Shown piece after piece: positions 8,685-15,550 of a stretch of DNA of 30,098 bases; the stretch's first letter is position 1; the number at the start of each line of letters is the position of its first letter. This stretch comes from an uncultured Acidiphilium sp. Lineage in GTDB: Bacteria; Bacillota; Clostridia; Christensenellales; Borkfalkiaceae. The translations under genes and the position numbers were made by a program. The stretch covers positions 1 to 30,098 of the forward strand of contig CAZPFZ010000001.1 of NCBI GenBank assembly GCA_964585955.1, read 5' to 3'. Under the pieces are notes generated by a model, which was not told the origin of the DNA, searched no databases, and worked only from the letters and a program-made list of their open reading frames with translations.

Positions 8685-9767
8685 ATGAAAGCGAAAAAGG
8701 TTTTAATAACATGTCTTGCTTTAGTATTTGCTATGACGATGTTTGCTATGGCAGCTTGTAAAACTTCCGCCGGTACAAATAGCGGTTCAGGTAATATCGT
8801 AAACAGTGCCGATAGCGGGCAAAGTTCGAACGGGGGCAATTCAGCTGGCGGAAACTCAGGTAATAGCGCAACCGTAACTTATACTGCAACTTTTAAAGTT
8901 GATGGTGAAGTATATTATACTTTTACAGGCGAAAGAAACTCGGTAGTAGAAGCTCCTGCTGAAGATCCCGTAAAAGAAGGGTATACTTTTGTCGGTTGGA
9001 GTGGCTATAGTGCAAACTATAAATTAAAGAGCAATAAAACATTTGTGGCTCAATTCCAAAAGGCTATGAATGGTTTACCCACTGCTACTGAATTCCAAAC
9101 TCCCGATACAGCTACTCTTCCGGATGAATACGAAGTAAACGTATACGAAGCAAAAAAGACTACTGCAACTATTGATATAGACGGCGTATTAGATGATGCT
9201 TATCTTGAAGCAACCCCCATTGAAATAGCAGTTAAGGCAGATCAAGGCGGCACTGTAGATGCAACTGGCTTTGCGTACATAATTTGGGATGCTTCCTATT
9301 TATATGTATATGTAACCGTAAACGATACAAACGTTGTTTCTTACACATCCGGTGATCGTTGGTTATCCGACAGTGTAGAACTTGTACTTGATACTTGGAA
9401 TAAACCTAGCGGAAAGACTCAAAATTATGGAGACAGTTACCGTGGCGGCGACTATCAAGGCGAAGGTCAATTTAGAATTAATCCGGGTGAATCGAGCGTT
9501 GCTAGTGGGTTGCATTGGATGTTTGATGACGGAAATGTAGAGAAAAAAGGTGCATCTCGTATTATAGAGGGCGAAGGATATACTGCCGAATATAAAATTT
9601 CTTGGGCAAGTTTTGGTAGTGCTACAGCAGGTAAGCAAGTTGCATTTGCAATACTTATAAACGACGGCGTAGCAGGAAACAGATCGGGCGTTACCGCTAT
9701 AGAAGCAGGTCATATCGATGCGTTCCAGTGGGCTGGAGTTCTTTCAAAGCTTAATCTAGTTGATTGA
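8685..9767 (+). CDS. Lipoprotein: InlB-B-type repeat + CBM9-like domain
   Basis: GAGGTG RBS, lipobox MAA-C, Gly/Ser/Asn linker. DPVKEGYTFVGW repeat. IDIDGVLDDAY, WDASYLYVYVTVND, SDSVEL, GYTAEYKISW and FAILIND match the CBM9-like pattern. Confidence 0.75.
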   Translation: MKAKKVLITCLALVFAMTMFAMAACKTSAGTNSGSGNIVNSADSGQSSNGGNSAGGNSGNSATVTYTATFKVDGEVYYTFTGERNSVVEAPAEDPVKEGYTFVGWSGYSANYKLKSNKTFVAQFQKAMNGLPTATEFQTPDTATLPDEYEVNVYEAKKTTATIDIDGVLDDAYLEATPIEIAVKADQGGTVDATGFAYIIWDASYLYVYVTVNDTNVVSYTSGDRWLSDSVELVLDTWNKPSGKTQNYGDSYRGGDYQGEGQFRINPGESSVASGLHWMFDDGNVEKKGASRIIEGEGYTAEYKISWASFGSATAGKQVAFAILINDGVAGNRSGVTAIEAGHIDAFQWAGVLSKLNLVD

Positions 9768-9791
9768 TAAGAAATAAAAAGGAGCAGTTTT

Positions 9792-11945
9792 ATGAAAAAA
9801 AATAAACTTGGTTTTATTATAAAGCAGGTTATAACATTGTGTCTTGTTGCTGTGCTATTTTGTCCTGACTTTAGCTTCATTGGCGCAAATGCCGAATATG
9901 AAGATTGTTGGTATGACCATGATCACGTAGAAGCAACAGGTTATTCTACAGGTGAAACATATTATGTAGAAGAAGGATTTGGTTCAGATGTCGTATATGA
10001 AGCTGTAAAATTAGTCGAAGGCGAAGAATATATCGAAGTTGACGGATTTAAAGACGACGTTTGGGACAATGCTTACGAAATTGAAAGCTTTGTTGTAACC
10101 GAAAAAGCTGAAAACAATCGCAATACGCGTATTGTTGCAAGCTATATGTGGGATGATGAAAATCTCTATGTATGGGCAGAAATTTATGATAGTACATATA
10201 CTCTTTCTTGGGATAACGGTAAAGATTGGGCAGCTTGGGGTGACTATTGCGAACTGTATGTAGATACACTTCACAATAGTTCATTAGCAGAAGATGGTTG
10301 GGACGGTACAGATGGTCCCGATTACCGTGGTAAAAACCCCAATTCCGGTACATGGCCCGACGGTTCCGAATATGAAGACTGCTGTTTTGGTCAGTTTAAA
10401 ATTTCGGCAGGCTTCAATCAAACTCTCGATCGTAGCGATTCCGATACTAAATATGGCAGAGGCGGAGCTGTTCAGTGGCAACAATGGACGTGGCTTTCGG
10501 CTGCGTGTTGGGAAGACGACGTAAGTTTGTTTACTTCGGCATTTATTTACGAAGATCGTGATTTAAGCGAACCTTACGACAGATATAAAACATGCGGCGG
10601 TATTCAAAACGGTGCAGAGCTTGCGTTAGGTAAACCCATTGGCTATACATTCGAAGCTCAAATCAACTTTAAATCTTCCGATTATATGCCTGAAGACGGC
10701 TCCATTATCGGCGCCGGCTTAAGAATTGCCGATATGACTGACTTAAGTTGGTGGGGTGATATGGGTGGCGATTATTGTATTTATGCGCAAGAATCGCAAG
10801 CCGGTTCTATGTGGGAAAGACCTAAAAATCTTCCGCACCTTGCATTATTGCCTGCTGACGGCGAATCTTCATCCGGTGGCGAAGAGAAACAGTATACGGC
10901 AAATTTCGTAGTAGACGATAAAGTTGTACATTCTGTAACAGGACCTAAAAAAACAGAAGTAAATGCACCTGCAGATCCCGTAAAGACCGGTTATACATTT
11001 ATCGGTTGGAAGGGTTACAGTGAAGGTTATACTTTAAGAGGAAACAAAACGTTTGTTGCTGAATTTGAAAGAACAATGAACGAATTGCCTGTTTGGCCCA
11101 ACGAGGTACAACCTACGTATAATTTCACAGAATTGCCCGATGGCTATACCGTAAACATTTACAAAGGTGAAAAAACCACCGCAACAATAGAAGTTGACGG
11201 AGTTATGGACGAAGCTTATCGTGAAGCTACGGCAATCGAAATTGTCGAACTTAACGAAGGCAATAGCGACACAACAGGTTTTGCGTATGTAATTTGGGAT
11301 GAAGAATATATATATCTATACGTAGTTGTTTACGATACTTATGTATCCAAAACTAAGGATGCAGCTCAGCCTTGGTTATCGGATAGTGTAGAATTCTATC
11401 TTGATACATATAATGACCCCAACGGTCAAAGGCAAAATTATGGAGATAGTTACCGTGGCAAAGATTATGTAGGCGAAGGGCAGTTCCGTCTTAATGCAGG
11501 TGAAAAGGTTTTAAGTGGTATGCATTGGTTGTATGATAACGCCGATGTTAGCAAGAAAGCCGCATCGAGAATTATCGACGGTGAAGGTTACACTGCAGAA
11601 TACAAAATTGAATGGGGTTCGTTTAAAGAGGATGCAGATATTGGTGAACAAATTGCTTTTGCGGTTGTAATTAACGACGGCGAAGGTGCAAATAGAAACG
11701 GTCAAATAGCATTTGAACCCGAGCAAAACCATGCGTTCGAATGGGCAGGGGTTCTTTCAAAACTCGAACTTGTAGACGAAAGCGAAACAGTAGAGCCTCC
11801 CGTTGTAGAACCTATTCAACCAAGCAGTGGTAGCAGCAGTAACGGCGGTCGCAACTGCAAGTCTTCCTTACTTGCAACTACTCCTATCGTAACTCTTAGT
11901 GCAGCTTTTGTAGTAGTCTTTTTAAGTAAAAAGAAAAGAGGTTAA
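9792..11945 (+). CDS. Secreted protein: CBM9-like domain + InlB-B-type repeat + CBM9-like domain + C-terminal Cys/TM/basic anchor
   Basis: AAGGAG RBS and Sec-type signal ending in A-N-A. Two IEVDG..WD(D/E)E..Y..D domains, DPVKTGYTFIGW repeat, and tail SNGGRNCKSSLLATTPIVTLSAAFVVVFLSKKKRG. Confidence 0.75.
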   Translation: MKKNKLGFIIKQVITLCLVAVLFCPDFSFIGANAEYEDCWYDHDHVEATGYSTGETYYVEEGFGSDVVYEAVKLVEGEEYIEVDGFKDDVWDNAYEIESFVVTEKAENNRNTRIVASYMWDDENLYVWAEIYDSTYTLSWDNGKDWAAWGDYCELYVDTLHNSSLAEDGWDGTDGPDYRGKNPNSGTWPDGSEYEDCCFGQFKISAGFNQTLDRSDSDTKYGRGGAVQWQQWTWLSAACWEDDVSLFTSAFIYEDRDLSEPYDRYKTCGGIQNGAELALGKPIGYTFEAQINFKSSDYMPEDGSIIGAGLRIADMTDLSWWGDMGGDYCIYAQESQAGSMWERPKNLPHLALLPADGESSSGGEEKQYTANFVVDDKVVHSVTGPKKTEVNAPADPVKTGYTFIGWKGYSEGYTLRGNKTFVAEFERTMNELPVWPNEVQPTYNFTELPDGYTVNIYKGEKTTATIEVDGVMDEAYREATAIEIVELNEGNSDTTGFAYVIWDEEYIYLYVVVYDTYVSKTKDAAQPWLSDSVEFYLDTYNDPNGQRQNYGDSYRGKDYVGEGQFRLNAGEKVLSGMHWLYDNADVSKKAASRIIDGEGYTAEYKIEWGSFKEDADIGEQIAFAVVINDGEGANRNGQIAFEPEQNHAFEWAGVLSKLELVDESETVEPPVVEPIQPSSGSSSNGGRNCKSSLLATTPIVTLSAAFVVVFLSKKKRG

Positions 11946-11978
11946 AAAAGAAGTTTATCGCTCCTAAGTAATAAAAAT

Positions 11979-12014
11979 GGGCGGATCGGCTGTTCGTCGA
12001 TTCCGCCCTTTTTT
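11979..12014 (+). terminator. Intrinsic terminator before the CotH gene
   Basis: GGGCGGATCGGC-TGTTC-GTCGA(T)TCCGCCC followed by T6. Confidence 0.75.
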
Positions 12015-12047
12015 AGGCTTTAGTGAATTGAAAAATGAGGAAAAAAA

Positions 12048-14123
12048 ATGAAAAGGTATTTGGCTTTAATTTTTGTAATTATATTGTTGCTTTTTTCATC
12101 TTGCGAGGAAAGTTTTACTCAAGGCGGAAGCGAATATAATCAAAGCGAAGAAATATCGGCGGGAATAAGTGATGAATCTAGTGAAGAAGGCTCTTCATTC
12201 GTTGGCGATTCATCCACTACGAGTGTCGACGAGGACGATAAAACCAACGATTCCACCGATGATAAACTTGATGATTCTACCGACGATAAGCTTGATAATC
12301 CCCCTGTAGATGAGGATAGGGCTCTTGCATACAGTTATTATCCTACAATAACAGAAGAAATGCCAAAAGTTTCTATCAATACGTCCGACGGAAGCAATTT
12401 TTGGGCAACAGGATATACCGCGGCAAACAAAAGGGATATTAATTATACTGCTGCAACGGTTTCGGTAGAAAATTGCGAGGAAAATTTCAAATTTTTAAAT
12501 GCGAAAGCAGAAGTAAAAGTTCGCGGTAATGCCACATTGAATTATGTAAAAAAGGCTATTCGCATTAAATTTGACAAAAAAGAAAAGAAAAATATGTTGG
12601 GTTTAAACGGCGGTAAAGTGTTTCGAAATTGGGTATTGCTCGCCGATTGGAAAGATTTTTCAATGACCAACAATGCATTGGCTTTTTATTTAGGTAATAC
12701 AATTCTCGGTTCCGACGACTATTATTGCACCGATTTTCGCAATGTAGAAGTATATCTTAACGGACAGTATTGGGGTGTATATTTATTGGTAGAGCAACAA
12801 GAAATAGCCGATGGTCGAACATCTGTCACAAAAATAGAAGACGATAAATACACCGGTAACGATATAGGTTATTTTTTTGAATATGATGCATATTACGGGG
12901 ATGAGATAAATTCTCCAAACGGCGACCCTACATTTACAATGAATTACGGCAACGGAGTAGGTAGAGTGAACGGTTACACGATAAAAAACGATATTGCAGC
13001 AGATTCTCAAGTAACTTTTTTAAAAAACTATATGAACAATCTCTACAAAATTGTGTATGAGGCTGTTAAGAACGGTAAGTATTATGCATTTAATAAAGAT
13101 AAAACGGATATTGTTGCCACCGATGCTTTTAAATCGGCCAAAGAAGTTGTGGCTTCGGTAATAGATATACAGTCGCTCGTCGATACATATTTGTTTAATG
13201 AACTTGTATGTAATTTGGATGTAGATTGGTCAAGCTTTTATTTATCCTTGGACTTAAGTGCAAAAGGGAGCGGAAAACTTATATTTGAAGCTCCTTGGGA
13301 TTTTGATTCAGCTTTTGGTGTGCGTTTTGATCTCGATAAATATACTAATGGCAAGCTTTGGGCAGCAAATAGAGGAAATCCATGGTTCAAACTTGTGGCT
13401 GCTGAAGATTGGTTTTTAAAAATGGTAACCGAAAAATGGGCAGAGCTTAAAAAATACGGCGTTTTAGATAAAGCATTGCGTTTAGTAGAAGAACAAAAGA
13501 ATGTTTATAAAGATGAATATGCAAGAAACCTTGCCAGGTGGCCTGAGCGTCTAAATGATATCGGTGAGGTAAAAGCGGAATTGAATGCATATACAGAGCA
13601 ATGGCAAGCAGCCGATTATTTAAAAAGATGGCTAACAGAGCGCATAGCTTTTCTCGATGAAGAGTGGATATTATTGCCGACTTATACTAAATATAAACTT
13701 GAGGCAGAAAATGCAATGCTCGGCGGCGGAATAAATTCTTCGGCTATACGTAAAGGTAAAGCCTATGCTAGCGGCGGTGCATATGTCGGCGATTTGTCAG
13801 GTGGCGGCAGAACGGTTACATTTACAGTAACGGCTGAATCTGCTTGTACTGTTTATTTATATGCGTCTTTAAGTCGGCGCGAGTATGACGGTAATTTTTC
13901 AGATTGGTTTACTTTGTCGCTTAACGGAAAAAATATATCTGTTCAAAATATTGTTTTTCCTATGACTGAAACATATGAAGAACCGTGGCATTCTTTTGTA
14001 GAATTTCGTATTACAAAGCTAAATGTAATAAATGGAAAAAATACTATAACGTTTACTTCCGGTACGGCATGTACTAATTTTGATTATATTTGCTTATATT
14101 CGTCAGTTGCTTTAAATGTATAA
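12048..14123 (+). CDS. CotH kinase family lipoprotein with C-terminal CBM6/CBM35-like domain
   Basis: GAGG RBS, lipobox LFSS-C. CotH-family motifs VKVRGNAT, LLADWKD, EVYLNGQYWGVYLLVEQ, N-x-D and APWDFDSAFG. The C-terminal KLEAENA..YASGGAYVG..NGKNTITF..NFDYI pattern resembles CBM6/35. Confidence 0.82.
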   Translation: MKRYLALIFVIILLLFSSCEESFTQGGSEYNQSEEISAGISDESSEEGSSFVGDSSTTSVDEDDKTNDSTDDKLDDSTDDKLDNPPVDEDRALAYSYYPTITEEMPKVSINTSDGSNFWATGYTAANKRDINYTAATVSVENCEENFKFLNAKAEVKVRGNATLNYVKKAIRIKFDKKEKKNMLGLNGGKVFRNWVLLADWKDFSMTNNALAFYLGNTILGSDDYYCTDFRNVEVYLNGQYWGVYLLVEQQEIADGRTSVTKIEDDKYTGNDIGYFFEYDAYYGDEINSPNGDPTFTMNYGNGVGRVNGYTIKNDIAADSQVTFLKNYMNNLYKIVYEAVKNGKYYAFNKDKTDIVATDAFKSAKEVVASVIDIQSLVDTYLFNELVCNLDVDWSSFYLSLDLSAKGSGKLIFEAPWDFDSAFGVRFDLDKYTNGKLWAANRGNPWFKLVAAEDWFLKMVTEKWAELKKYGVLDKALRLVEEQKNVYKDEYARNLARWPERLNDIGEVKAELNAYTEQWQAADYLKRWLTERIAFLDEEWILLPTYTKYKLEAENAMLGGGINSSAIRKGKAYASGGAYVGDLSGGGRTVTFTVTAESACTVYLYASLSRREYDGNFSDWFTLSLNGKNISVQNIVFPMTETYEEPWHSFVEFRITKLNVINGKNTITFTSGTACTNFDYICLYSSVALNV
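12234..12299 (+). repeat. Coding tandem repeat, 24-nt unit x ~2.75 (DDKTNDST / DDKLDDST / DDKLDN)
   Basis: gacgataaaaccaacgattccacc / gatgataaacttgatgattctacc / gacgataagcttgataat in the CotH linker. Confidence 0.7.
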
Positions 14124-14150
14124 AAACGATCATATTTTTGATGAGTAATA

Positions 14151-14176
14151 AAAAAACGGCTTAAATGCCGTTTTTT
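14151..14176. terminator. Bidirectional terminator between the convergent CotH and AraC genes
   Basis: AAAAAACGGC-TTAAAT-GCCGTTTTTT. Confidence 0.8.
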
Positions 14177-14180
14177 GCTT

Positions 14181-15029
14181 TTACTTTTTACTTTGTTGGT
14201 ATTCAGAGGGTGGAAGTCCCGTCTTCTTTTTAAATATTCGTGAAAAATAGTGCGGATCGCTAAAAGCTAATTTATCGCTGATTTCGTTAACTCGCAAATT
14301 TGAATGAATAAGCAATTGTTCTGCCATTTTTATTTTAATGGTTAAAAGGTAATTATATGGTGTTTGATTGTAGTATTTAGTAAATTCTCTTGTAATTTGT
14401 ATTTTAGAAAGATGCATTTGTAGAGCTATTTCTTCAATAGTTATGTTTGAAAAAAGCGCGTTGTCCAAATATTCTTTAATGTGTTTTGCGTTATCTGATA
14501 TATAAGTTTGGTTATGTGCGTTTTCTGCCATAATACAAACAATTTGAAAAATAATCGAGCTTATCTGAAAGCAAATTTCGTCACTGTAATTGGATATTTT
14601 TGCAATTCTCTGTAGTTCGTGAAAAAGGTGTATGCATTTACATTTTTTAAATACGAATTTGCCCGAAATGCCGTAAGTTTTAAAAACATCCACAAAAAAA
14701 TCGCTAAAAAAGTTAATCCACATTTTTTCAAATGGTTCTTTTGTGTCTGAGTAATAAAGATGATCGTATCCGGGTTCTATACAATATATGTCTCCGGCCT
14801 CTAACTCATAGGTTTTGCCGTTTATTTCTAAATATCCTTTTCCCGAAATAACATATTCCAACACAAAATAGTTATTATGGTCTCGTTGAATACAATAGCG
14901 TGGGTGTGGCGGAGTATAGCCGATATTTTCTATTTTTATCGGCATTGAACTATCTTTATTAAATATAAAAAAGTGAGTTTCTTCGTTTATCGAAGCCGTG
15001 CCCCAAAACGGTTGTCTTGATTTGTTCAT
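14181..15029 (-). CDS. AraC/XylS family transcriptional regulator with cupin-like sensor domain
   Basis: AAGAAGGA RBS. N-terminal EYVISGKGYLEING..H.Y cupin pattern and C-terminal double HTH (ITIEEIA..TPYNYL..LRVNEISDKLAFSDPHYFSRIFKKKTGLPPSEY). Confidence 0.95.
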   Translation of the reverse strand: MNKSRQPFWGTASINEETHFFIFNKDSSMPIKIENIGYTPPHPRYCIQRDHNNYFVLEYVISGKGYLEINGKTYELEAGDIYCIEPGYDHLYYSDTKEPFEKMWINFFSDFFVDVFKTYGISGKFVFKKCKCIHLFHELQRIAKISNYSDEICFQISSIIFQIVCIMAENAHNQTYISDNAKHIKEYLDNALFSNITIEEIALQMHLSKIQITREFTKYYNQTPYNYLLTIKIKMAEQLLIHSNLRVNEISDKLAFSDPHYFSRIFKKKTGLPPSEYQQSKK

Positions 15030-15080
15030 TGTATTCCTTCTTTTTGTTTGTTAACTTAAAAGAGTACAAACACATTTCTA

Positions 15081-15109
15081 TTTATATCATAAAATCGAAT
15101 TTTTGTCAA
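15081..15109 (-). promoter_or_regulatory. Sigma-A promoter for the AraC gene
   Basis: Minus strand reads TTGACA-17 nt-TATAAA with an extended -10 TG. Confidence 0.75.
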
Positions 15110-15192
15110 TATTTTCAGACAATTTAGTTCAAATATGCAAAAAAGCGTTTTAAAAATGTTACGAATGTACACCGTATAGTAATAAAAATGCA

Positions 15193-15221
15193 TTTACACG
15201 CTTTTGTATAAGTGGTATAAT
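15193..15221 (+). promoter_or_regulatory. Candidate sigma-A promoter P1 of the right arm
   Basis: TTTACA-17 nt-TATAAT with TGn extension, overlapped by the inverted repeat TTTTGTATA-N10-TATACAAAA. Confidence 0.55.
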
Positions 15222-15346
15222 ATACAAAAAGAATTAAGGTCGTTGTTGTGTCTGTTATGAAACAAAACAACATTGATTTCACCGTAAACAAGGCAAATAA
15301 GTAAGATTTGTGATCCGAATGTATACATATTCGTTTTTAATGTGTA

Positions 15347-15375
15347 TTTACATGCAAAGTAAGGTATGCTATAAT
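15347..15375 (+). promoter_or_regulatory. Candidate sigma-A promoter P2 of the right arm
   Basis: TTTACA-17 nt-TATAAT with TGn extension. Confidence 0.6.
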
Positions 15376-15550
15376 AGAGTCGAAAAGGGAAGTGTATAAT
15401 AAAAACTATGCAATGTCTAAAAAGTTGCAATCAAGTTTGTTAATGTAAACCACCGCTTTTTTCGAAAAAAAAACGGCATAGCAATAATTAATATTGGGCT
15501 TTGATTCGCTAAAGCGAATTAAAAATAATTTATTATTAAAGGAGCAAAAA

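Noticed and set aside
12048-14123. Calling the CotH-family gene a spore coat gene (cotH)
   Set aside because: It has a lipobox and a CBM-like tail, and no sporulation context; only the kinase fold is supported, so no symbol is given.
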